A stretch of DNA of 64,000 nt from Chrysomallon squamiferum (Eukaryota; Animalia; Mollusca). This document shows, piece after piece, positions 1-11,474 of this stretch; position 1 is the stretch's first letter; each line of letters opens with the position of its first letter. Under the pieces are notes generated by a model, which had not been told where the DNA came from, ran no database searches, and saw nothing but the letters and a program-made list of their open reading frames with translations. The DNA lies in the NCBI GenBank assembly GCA_012295275.1, contig CM022678.1, positions 14,322,001 to 14,386,000 of the forward strand. The letters run 5' to 3'. Both the position numbers and the translations under genes were made by a program.

Positions 1-14
1 GATTTATGTTACAG

Positions 15-3000
15 ATGCAGGTTCGATATGATACAGTTACAGATCATCTGCCACAGATAGTGATAACAATTAAGGTTATTGGATTGTACATGGCTACGGT
101 AAATACTAAAAACAACATCTGATTTTACTGTTTGATTAGTTTCTTGTCTATATAACGTATATAAATAGTTTTGCTAATAATCGATGAGAATAGGTCATGA
201 GATCACTTTACTGTTGTTGATCTTCTTCATTGCAAAACACCATGAAAAGTACGACTGACACTTAATAATTTTTAATATTAAAATGAGTTGAGGTTTTGTT
301 AAATAAATATCATAGATTATATTTAGATTGTATTACTATCAAAAAAGGTATCAGAAAGGTGTACAAAAATAGTTAACTTAAACAAAATAGGTTTTGTGTA
401 TTCGTTGTTTTAAGGTTACTTTCATCAAGGTTTTACTTTAGTTACATGAAAAACGGTCTGTAAATTCGAATAAGGAAAAGATTTAGAGTAGAAAAAAATA
501 TGATCTATTAGTAATCAGCCTGAACTATACTGTTTTGCATCTGAGCTGTAGGATTATAAGAAAACAGAGTTAGAAGGTTAGTCATTAGAGTGTTAGTATG
601 TTAGACGGTTAGTCCGAATATTAGTCTTACTAATTAGTTCTCGGCAAAATCAGAAAAGTGACTTCATTCAGTGTTTGTACTTTTCTCACAGACTGCAGCC
701 CAGTCGCCCTGGACAGAAACAAACAAAGTTAATACAAGATCTGTAAACGTCAACAACGCGCTCAACAACCTGGCAGACTTCATCAACACCAACAACCCAT
801 CTCTGCTGGACGCCGACCACTACATGGCGTTTACTCAGTAAGTGCGTCATGTTATTTGTGCCACGTATACCTTTTATTATCATCATCATCATTATCATCA
901 TCATCATCATCACTATTATTATCATCATCATCATCACCACCACTATTATTATTATTTTTTATGACTATTATTATATTTTATTTTATTTATATAAATATGC
1001 TAGTGCATCACTGAACATAGTCTGTTGTTTATCACGCAAATATTCTCATTTTTTAACTCAGCTTCGCGACTACTAAATTAGTTCATTTTTGTTTTGTTAG
1101 AAAATATATATAGGAACTGATCGTCTACAGTTAATTTTCTATTAATATTTTTCTTTTTATTATTTACCATAAAAAATCTGCATTCACCAGCTAACCAAAG
1201 TTGACTTTTGTTACAGACTTGATCTTGTTGATGGTGCAAATTCTGGAGTTGCAGGTAACACTTCTGTAATATATTTTAATGTGACTACGTACGCACAACG
1301 CTACATACAAGGTTTCCTCTTTCTAGATTATATCTACAGTTGTACTTTTAAAAAAAAAAAAATTTCAGTTGTTTTCTTGTATTCTTTCCTGTATACTGGA
1401 ATTGCATATATAACTTATCCCTTGTGGTTAAACCCATTCTCTCTGTCATATTTTTACTAATCTTAAATTAAGAATGCGCTTAGTTAAAGAAAACTGTTAT
1501 CTATTCAACGTTTGTGTTTGTAGGTGTAGCGTTTATAGGTACGCTGTGTCAGGTGAATGGCGCCTCTCTCAATGAAAACGATTTCACGGGGTTTACGTCA
1601 GCTGTAGCTGCACACGAGCTGGGGCACAGGTTTGTAGTGTTCCTCTTTGTTTGTTGTGTTTTCTTTTGTTTCTCTAATTTCAGATTTTTTAAATTAAATT
1701 AACAGCTAGAGTTGGAATTTTGTTCTGTTTCTTGAAACTGGCACCAAAGATAAGATTGTGTTCTCTCTTACTGTGAATAATTTATTTTGTTTTCTTCTGT
1801 TTCTTTTCTTTTAACAACATCTCCAGCTATAGGATGAAGTTTTAGAATATCTGTAATTACAGTTATATATTACTTATACGTGAGATTTCTTTGATTACAG
1901 TATGAACTCAGTCCACGACAGCAACGCTGGATGCAGTGATACCGACAATTTCATCATGTCCGCCATTTTGAATTTTCCAAGGCCTTCATTTCCATCTCGC
2001 TTGTGGACATTTTCCAATTGTTCCGCAGAAGCGTTCAACACATTTTTGTCAACGTAAGCACACACATACACACACAGACACACACCCACACCCACAACAC
2101 ACACGCACGAACACAGACGAAGGGCCAATTTCAGGCACAAACTAAATTAATTACTGATGGAGACCTTACAGTCTGAATGGACTTTGAATGGCAAGAGTTG
2201 TTTTTGTCAGTCTTTTGTTGCTCTTGTTATAGTTTTAATATAATTTATTTTTTAATATAATTAACATAAATTTGATTACATTGATAATATTAATGAATAA
2301 AAGTTGGAACGGAATAGAAAATATAAAGGAAATTCTTTTGTTGGTATTTTTGTCGCATTTATTTGTTCCTGATAAAAATAAAATAAAATATGGTTAAAGA
2401 AATTTAAAAAAACATGTGGCTGAAGAAACATCCATTCACTTTAGGGCTTCCTGTGCGTCGACAGTTGTTAATCCAGGTCGAGGTTTGCAGTCGACTGGTT
2501 TTTCTGGTCAGACGTACACAGCAGATGAACAGTGCCGCCTGGCAAGGAACATGTCCAAATCAGAGATGTGTCGTGTGAGTTTAGAATGAAATGTCGAGTC
2601 TTTTTAGAAAAAATCTGTGTAAATAATTTATGAAAAAATTCGTTACTATGTAAACAATATTTTTTCTGTTATGTATTATCAGAGGTTGTACAGGACTAGG
2701 AGAGGTTTTGATGCGATGTGTGAGTTGTTGTGGTGTTTGAACACCAACAGAAACACTTGCTTCGGAACAATTCCACTGGAACATACGTCTTGCGGCAACA
2801 ATAAGGTAAAACGTCATATCTTCTTCATTCGCCTGTTTTACAGATTGATAAATTGTTTTTATTTTATGTTACATATTATTTCGATTTTTTTTTTTGGTAT
2901 GATTTTCTTAATTTTCTTTCTGTCTCTACTCACACATGCACACACAAAGATACACATTCATACACAAACAGACACAGAGTCATATAAAAACAAATATTTA

Positions 3001-3975
3001 TAAAGTACGTAATTTTGTTTGTTTCAGTGGTGTGTTAAGGGGGTTTGTGTAACAGATGCAGCAGCTCCACCCAAGCACTGTAAGATATAATACAAACATT
3101 ATAACTGAAACAGTATTCCTCTAAAACAGTCAAGTATAAAAATTAACCTGCAATAAAAATTAATAAACAAAATTACATTATGTAAAACAGGTCACCAAAA
3201 GATGGTATTGCATGTGATAATGGTAATATAAAAGCACCGATTTTAATGTATGATAATAAAAGCACACCAATTGTTGATATGTCACAATGATAATAAAATA
3301 CACTATCAATTAACACATGATCGCTGGTCATACAGATACACTGCCTCTTAATTTGTTACAAATATTAATGAAAAATACGTTAATTGTTTTGCAGTTGCGT
3401 GTCCTCAGGGTGACAGCCCATCTAGTACATGCACACACGACTGCACCAGGTTGAGCCCTGAAGTTCGCAACTATCTGTGTTGTGAAACGTGTGCAACTGG
3501 GACATTACCTACAACAATTTCAACAACACCTGCGACATTTCCTACTACGGCTCCTACCACAACTCCTACAACAACTCCTACCACGACACCTACAACAACT
3601 CCTACCACAACACCTACAACTCCAACCACGACTCCTACAACAACTCCAACCACGACTCCTACAACAACTCCTACCACGACACCTACAACAACTCCAACCA
3701 CGACTCCTACAACAACTCCTACCACGACACCTACAACAACTCCTGCCACGACACCTACAACAACTCCTACCACGACTCCTACAATTCCTACAACAGAACC
3801 AGTTACTACTCCTACCACAACTCCAGCAACAAATCCAAACACTTCTACAACTGTGACGACAGTTACAACTACACCTACAACACCACCAGCGAGACCTATA
3901 GTACCCTCCACACCGACAGCCCCAACGCCAGGAATAACTGCACGCCGATATTTCAGTGAAAAGTGTGATCTATAG
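15..3975 (+). CDS. ADAMTS-like (M12B/reprolysin) zinc metalloprotease, 5'-partial; catalytic domain, ADAMTS Cys-rich/disintegrin-like domain, PLAC-like Cys module, Thr/Pro mucin tail
   Basis: Exons 15-98, 692-837, 1217-1254, 1524-1629, 1901-2053, 2445-2574, 2683-2805, 3028-3079, 3395-3975, all GT-AG and phase-compatible (1413 nt). Spliced protein contains DHYMAFT, GVAFIGTLC, the zinc motif HELGHSMNSVHD, the Met-turn FIMS, WTFSNCS, GQTYTADEQC, CELLWC, TSCGNNKWCVKGVCV and CPQGD...CCETC, then TTTP repeats. AATAAA near 4011. Confidence 0.9.
3540..3830 (+). repeat. Coding 12-nt tandem repeat encoding (TTTP)n mucin-like tail
   Basis: Repeated acaacaactcct/accacgacacct units in the last exon of the protease. 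Confidence 0.9.
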
Positions 3976-4446
3976 TTTATTATTTACATAGTCATAAAAC
4001 AACTAGCAAAAATAAAATGAAACCAAACAATGATGTGTTAGTTTTATTTTGATAGTTTTACCAAATATTGTCCGTTCTCATCTCACAGCTGACACACACA
4101 CGCAGACACACGCACACATATATTAATAGTTTTATGTATACGAACAAAAGCAATGGTAATAAAAAAAAATTCTAGAAATATATACATACATATATACTAC
4201 AATATTCTACGCGCGACAGCTACACATAACAAAAAACCTTTATAACTGGCTCAATACATACCTTGAAGAAATGCCTTCTTAATGCTAATTTTATTGTTAT
4301 GCAAGTTCAATCTTGGAAGCAATTATTAATAAAACACACTTTACCCTACAGAAATAGCTAGTTTGAGAAAATAGTTCTATGTTAAGTTTTATGAATGTTT
4401 TACCCAAAATATCTCTGCCATTTTTACACTTTTAGAGTTCAAAAAA

Positions 4447-4485
<39 letters not shown>

Positions 4486-4971
4486 ATTGTTCATCAGATG
4501 ATCGGGAGAAGAGATCTTTTAAATGTCAGTTTTCAACTGTCGTCATTGTTAACTGCTGAGAAAAAGTTGGAGGGGGATGTCAGCTTTTATATTAGGTCAG
4601 AAGAATAAATAATTAAAAATATATAAAGAAAAAAGATAGAAAATACTAAAAGATGCACGTGGTTGTTGTTTTATTTATTTAATTTTGTTTGCTCTTCTTT
4701 TTCTTTTTTTTAATTTTTTTAAGATTTATGATCAATGAATGCTTCTAAAATTATTAATTTTAATTCATTCAACCAATCGATATCTTCTCAAGACTGAAGA
4801 GTTATTTGTTTGTTTGTTTGTTTATTTATTTATTTATTTGTTTGACTTTAATTTGTTTATTATTTGCATATAATAAACACTGAAAATGGAATGTACTAAA
4901 TAAAGCTAAAATTTAGTCCTTGACAACATTGCAACCAGACAAATTTATCAGATGACTAGAGTAGAGCATGT

Positions 4972-6524
4972 TTAGACTGTTCCCCATTTATAGTTCAGAA
5001 GATTTCCGTCATCTTGAACGATGAAAAACATACTGCGGTAGTAGAACAGACAAATAGGTTCCGACAATCTCATCGATAAAATCAGATCATCGACCACGTT
5101 GCCATCACTTGTGAGTTGAATAATACAATTTCTTTCTTTGTCACATACAAATATGTCACTATCAGCAACAGAGACAACACCTAACAGATGTTTCATCTTT
5201 TGTGGGTCGTGTGATATCCAGATGATTTTGCCAGACAACGTGAGACACGTCAAGGACTGCTGTTGCTGAGACACAACAATGACACTGTCACCTCCAGTCA
5301 CTGCAAGTCGCCCTGGTTTCACAACGGTGTGTGATAGTGTTCGAATGGTGTGACCTGATGGATCCAGAATATCCACACTTCCCCACCGCTCACTAGCAAC
5401 CAGCCGTTTATCAGATAGCACAGACAAAAAAACGTATTCCTTTTCGGTGTTCAGTGTTTGTGCAGTCAGAAATTCGTTTTGTATATTTAAACACAGAATA
5501 TGTCGTTGGTTAGGAAGCGTGACTAGAGCCAAATAGTCAGGATGTTTGGCGAGGCCGTAAGGTGAACCGGAAGTCTTGATCTCACCACTTAAACCTCCAC
5601 TGAAACAAAAACACTTTATCCTACAGTTGGCCCAATCACAAACAACTATTCTGCTTACCCTGCCAAAATCAGTTACCAAAACTGATGATATATAAGGTGT
5701 CTTTCTGTCAATGTATATCTTTACACTGAATGTTCTAACGAGGTTCAAGTATTTTTCTTTTGACGCATTTGTTTTTTGTAAGCTATTTTCCGGTTCTGTT
5801 TCATTTATATCCTCTGAATGTGATTTTAGCTCGAAATACTTTGTCAAGGATGCTGGTATATCTGGTGTTACAATTTGACCGATGTATGAAGACAATATTT
5901 TAGTCTTGTCTTGGTCAGGCTGAGACAGTGTAATTCTAAATTCAGGAAGTTCTTTGTCAGCTTCAGCTAAAAATACTGACGTTTTATTCTTCAGTTTTTC
6001 TAACACTGGAATAAGTTTTTTGACAGCAGAAATGGATTCTGACTTAACCTCTTCTCCCAGTTTCACCATTTTGTTACACTGTTTTATCAAATTTGTATGC
6101 TCGTTAAACATTAATTCTATTTTGCTCTTAATGGATTTTTGATTATCTTTTATTGTCGTCTTCATTTTATTTTGCTCTTTCTTAATGCTTATCATCAGTT
6201 CTTTTACTTTTTTATCTATTTCTTGAGAAACATACTCCGCACTGTCATCGATGTCTTGCTGTAACGTCTTCATCCCACAAACGCTTTGGTTGCTAAGAAC
6301 GGAGCTGTATGTGTTTAACAGCTTACAAAGAGAACTCATTTCAGATCTCACACGATCCTTTTCTTCTGTAATGTCAGAGGTACATTGATTACTGATATTT
6401 TATATACTTCTATTTTATTAGTATGAACAAAATACATTTCTACTACTACTGCTACTACTATTACTACTGCAGCTGCTATTACTACTTCTACTGCTGTATG
6501 TACTATTACAAGTTCTGCTCCTGA

Positions 6525-6584
<60 letters not shown>

Positions 6585-7536
6585 CATCATCATCGTAATT
6601 ATTATTAATAAAATAATATCTATTAAATTTTACATTATATATATATATATATATACACACAGTAGTACCTTGACGAATTTAATTCGTTCCGTAACGAGCT
6701 CGTAACTCAGTTTGCTCGCAAATCAAATCAATTTTCCCAACTGACATTATTTGAAATACCATTAATCCACAACCACCCCATTTTTTTGTAACGTCACAAC
6801 GTGCTTTTAAATTTTAAAAATAAAGTATTAATAAATGACAAATATTGTGTAAAAATTAAATAAAAGAGAATGTAAAGAAATAAACTGGTTTTGTAAAGTG
6901 TATTTATCTTGGAGGTTAGACAAATTATTTTAAGGCCTTTGGCTGCAGTTGCAGCCTCTATCGACTCCTTCTGCTTTAGTATGGTACTACGCTCGTACTG
7001 CCTAGCCAAGTCAACTATATGCACACCTCACTCAGATTTTTCTATGGTTTCATGCTTTAAGTCACTGACATCATCCGCACTTTGCATTCACTTTCTTACA
7101 ATCCATGGTCAGAAAAAAGAAATTTGGCAAAATACTGCACAAAAAGCGAACACAACACAACAGCGATGCTTCCACGGCCAGGTAAACACGTGAAGTAAAC
7201 GAGTAAGACACGGGATGCTGGCCGGTTGTTGTGTTATTCGTTGCGCCAAGCTTGTAACTCGGATTTTGGCTCGCAACTCAAATAAAAAATCGAGCAAACG
7301 ACTGCTCATAACTCAGAAAACTTGTAAATTGGGACCCTCGTAAGTCGAGGTACCACAGATATGTATTTATGTATGTAGTTTAGGATTTTGAATATTCTCT
7401 GTCTTATGTACGTCTGAATAGACTCTGCACATAGACAATATTCGGGAACGCATTGGCGCAGGAGGACAAAGTCCAATCACGACCTCACAAACCCGTCAGA
7501 AAACTTGTAAATTGGGACACTCGTAAGTCGAGGTAC

Positions 7537-7585
<49 letters not shown>

Positions 7586-7596
7586 ATATGTATATA

Positions 7597-7632
<36 letters not shown>

Positions 7633-7967
7633 TGTATGTATGTATGTATGTATGTATGTATGTATATTAACAGTGTTTGTTACTCACTATGTTCAGCCTG
7701 TGAGATTGCCTGTATTATATCCATTAAAGCAAAGTTTCGAGGGAACCGAGTTGCCCACGTCGACAATTCTTGGGTTTCATCACAGATCGGGATACTATTT
7801 CTGCAGTTTGGACAAAGGAATGAACTATTGCAACTGCTGGTGTTGATGTGGTTTTGTAAACAGCTACTACAAAACGTGTGTCCACACGGAATAGTGCGTG
7901 GATCTGCGAAGATATCAAGACATAGACTGCATAAAAATCTATCTTCATCCGGATAAGCAGTGGCCAT
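4972..7967 (-). CDS. TRIM-like E3 ubiquitin ligase (RING + coiled coil + NHL-like beta-propeller), 557 aa
   Basis: Exon 7967-7688 encodes a C3HC4 RING (CSLC...PCGHTFCSSC...CPNC...FPRNFAL) and ends at a GTGAGT donor. Exon 6365-4972 follows a cattacAG acceptor in phase and encodes a heptad-rich helical region, then NHL-type blades (IVVCDWANCRIKCF, SPYGLA, PGRLAV, IFVCDKERNCIIQL). Confidence 0.88.
6660..7358 (-). mobile_element. Tigger/pogo-like DNA transposon deletion derivative in the TRIM intron
   Basis: Imperfect terminal inverted repeats CAGTAGTACCT... / ...AGGTACCACAG. The internal - strand reads a decayed CENP-B-type HTH (KHETIEKSE*GVHIVDLARQYERSTILKQKESI). A second copy of the right end lies at ~7497-7538. 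Confidence 0.75.
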
Positions 7968-10316
7968 GACATCAGCTTTAAAACAACAAAATACATTTTT
8001 ATTTAAAACGGTTCTATTCGAACCTTGTTAATGAAAGTTTCATATACTATTACTATTTTGTAAAACAACTGATATGTAATGTTTTGACGTGTTTTATTAA
8101 GCTAAATAAATAAATAAATAAAACAAAATAAAATAAAATAAAATAAAATAAAATAAAAGGCAATTAAAATATGATATTTGTTTCAAGGGGATATGCAGCA
8201 GTGAATATATTTACATTATTTTTATTAAGTATTTTTTTTTTTTTTTTTTTTACTAATTTCTAATTTGAGAAATTCATACTGTCTAGTTATCTAAATTTAC
8301 GACTGTTGTTTACGATTTTGCAGAACGACTTTTTAAAAATTGTCAAATAGATTATTAAATGTTGAGCTGAAACTAATAAAATCTACCCAATCTGGTCCCC
8401 GTGAAAGTTCAGTACGTTTATGTCTCTTCTAATTTATAACTGTCACTATGTTAAAATTTCAGCCAAATCTGTCTCTTAATATATAACTAAATAAATAAAT
8501 ATATAAATAAATAAATAAATTTTACTCACATTAATGTATATTTCTAGTGAGGTAAGCTGAGCGAGAGGAAGTGTTAGTACATTCCACAGTGAGACTGTCT
8601 GTATTATATAGAGCAACCTGTTGCTAAGTCGTAGTAATGCACTGATCATAGAACAGCTCGCTCTGACTAGCACGTTAATCTTTTTATCAGGTCGTCTTAT
8701 TTAAGTCCTATTGGTAAAGGGGTGACAGGTTGTATAGTGTCCGTGGTTAGTATTTTTAATAATTATAATTAAAGATACCTTTAACACTATAAATAAATAA
8801 TTTAAAATTATTTTATTATTGCCGTTTTAGGTAATAAAATTATTGCTGTTTTTTTAATTCATATTAACATTTGTAAGTTTCAAGTTTTTTGCAAATAAAC
8901 CATGTACCTCAGTATAATGGCTGACGGTATAACGTTCAAGTGAAGATAATGTACAGGTAAAGTATTCAAAGTCTGAAACTAGGACATCACCGTCCAAATA
9001 TCAACAAACAGCCACAATAAACTTCTTCTTTCTCGACACCCCATGTCACTGAAAAAAAAAAACTAGGGAACAGATGGATGAAAGAACAAATTGTTTTATA
9101 TTATCGAATCTTTATTAGTTTACATTAATATTCTTGAGGATGTGTCAGTAACATGATATGTTGTTATACTGATAATTTCACCCTGCACAACAACAACTTA
9201 GATACACTCTTTGGTAATACACAGAGCTAGAAAGACAGACAGATAGACAGACAGGTAAATAGATAAATAGAGAGACAGATAGATAGATAGATACAGTTGT
9301 TATAGATATGTACAGTCTTCGTATTTTACCACAGCATCGAAGACGATTGACATGGTTGATCTGAGTGCGTGCCTTGGTCTCAACTTTGAAGAAAATGTTT
9401 GCCTTGGAGCCGTAACACTGATTTTCTTATCAAATCCAAGGTAGCCCTAAAAATAATAAAATTCATATATTTGTATTTATAGGAAAATTCAAATAGATTA
9501 GAGGCACATTGCAACAAAAAAGGAACATTGTTCTTCACAGACTTCATTACAAATAAATAAATATTTTCGTATCAGTATGTATGTGTTTGTATGTATATGT
9601 GTATGCATGAATGTATGTATGTACGTATGGATGTATGTATGTATAATGCATATATGAATGTATGTATGAAGTATTATTCCAGTGCTCTATGTATGTATTT
9701 TGTTTCTTCGAGTGATTGGAAAAAGCTAGCAATATCCAGTGATAAACAGCATAGTTGTAAACTAATTCGTTAACCATCCAGTCTTCATCACAAAATTTCA
9801 CTCATCTGACTACTAAATTTACTGGTGTTTATTAATATTATTATTTTTTTTTTTTTATTTTTTTTTTTATGGGTTTTTCATTGCAATCTTAGTCTAGTTT
9901 CAATCACTCGAAACAATTTTATTCAGCCTTGGTGAATCATTCAGCAGTGTAACAGATACTGACATTGAGGACGTTTGGCACAGTACATACAGCTGCACTT
10001 AACTGTATGATGTACAAGATAACGTGACTCTTTCTAATATTTAGACTTGTTATGCGTGATTATACGCGTATCGCTACTGAGAACAGTGCTGTATATTAGC
10101 TCATTGATCATGTAGACAGAAGATAACAAAATGAACGTTGTTTGAAGAAAGTGACATAGCCATCTGGTGGTTCTCAGATTTTAACCATTATTACAGAACG
10201 TTCAGTAATGGCTGACTTTATATTTAAAGGTAAAAAATTATTTTATTTTACTTTTTTTTATTTATTATTATTATTATTATTTTTTTTTTTTTTTTTTTTT
10301 TTTTTATAGTATTACG

Positions 10317-10347
<31 letters not shown>

Positions 10348-10463
10348 ATTTTATTTTATTTTATTTATTTATTTAAAGAGATAGTTTTGTAATATATGTG
10401 TTTGTGTGTGTTTATGTTCCTGTTTTATCTAATTGTTTTCTGTATGTGTGATTAATTATTCTC

Positions 10464-10573
<110 letters not shown>

Positions 10574-10610
10574 CGGTATGATTTCGTATTTATAATTAAA
10601 TAACTACAAG

Positions 10611-11437
10611 ATGATATTGTTTCTTTTAGCTCTGCTGTTCTTAATTTATTTTCACATCACTGTCGTATCTGGTAAGTTAACGTCATTTCAGATCATCAAA
10701 CTACCACTGAATTACAGTTACTGGCACAAAAACTACCATTGTCACAACTTTGCGATTGCTATGACAACTACTTGTTATTGCTTGTACTTTTATTACTACT
10801 ATTACTCGTGATACCGCTACTACTGTTATTGCAATTACTGCTACTAAACCTAGTACTACTACAGCTACAACTGCTGCTGCTACTTTCACAAAAATTCGCT
10901 ATACTGTTGTTATATTTGTAAGGGATTTGTATATCTGTTTCAGCTAAGTATGGTCCTGTGTGTTTTGACTGTGAGGCTACAATAAACCCAAATGGTTGTG
11001 AAACGAGAAGGGCCTGTCCTGCTGATCACGTGATTTTGATAATTATTATTAAAGATATCTTTAATTTGGTGAAATTACCTAATTAATATGCACACACACG
11101 CACACACACATATAAATATTTTTCAGTTTATCACCCCTGTTTTATTTATTAATCTTTTGTTTATTATTTCTTCTAGTTTTTAAAATTATATAAACATATA
11201 TGAAAAATAATTAATGTACAAAACAGAAAAAATATTTTTAGGTTTGTTTGATTTACTCATTCCGAGTACCGATGTCAGATGTAATAATGTTTACACAAGC
11301 GTGTCACCCAAAGAAAGTAAGTTTTGCTTCTTACGTCATAACATTACATTAATTTATCCTGCTATACAAGAGGAAGTTATGATGACTACATAAATTTCTG
11401 TAGCTTCGGTCACTAACCAAAATAATGTATGCATGCA

Positions 11438-11474
<37 letters not shown>

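Noticed and set aside
686-1076. Poly-Ile/poly-Met ORFs here and similar short ORFs elsewhere (6348-6660, 7453-7846, 21798-22097, 31288-31512)
   Set aside because: Translations of (ATC)n, (ATT)n, (TATG)n and (GA)n microsatellites.
1612-1920. Asn instead of Gly in the zinc motif (HELGHSMNSVHD) as a sign of inactivity
   Set aside because: Active ADAMTS1/4 also have Asn there (HELGHVFNMxHD). The three His, the Glu and the Met-turn are intact.
3471-3959. Alternative-frame ORFs (YNNSYHDT, LLQQ and VVVG repeats)
   Set aside because: By-products of the 12-nt repeat. The splice phase at 3395 selects the Thr/Pro frame.
10208-10235. Possible upstream coding exon ATGGCTGACTTTATATTTAAAG|GT for the lectin gene
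   Set aside because: The ATG at 10611 already begins a good signal peptide. At most this is an unsupported 5'UTR exon.
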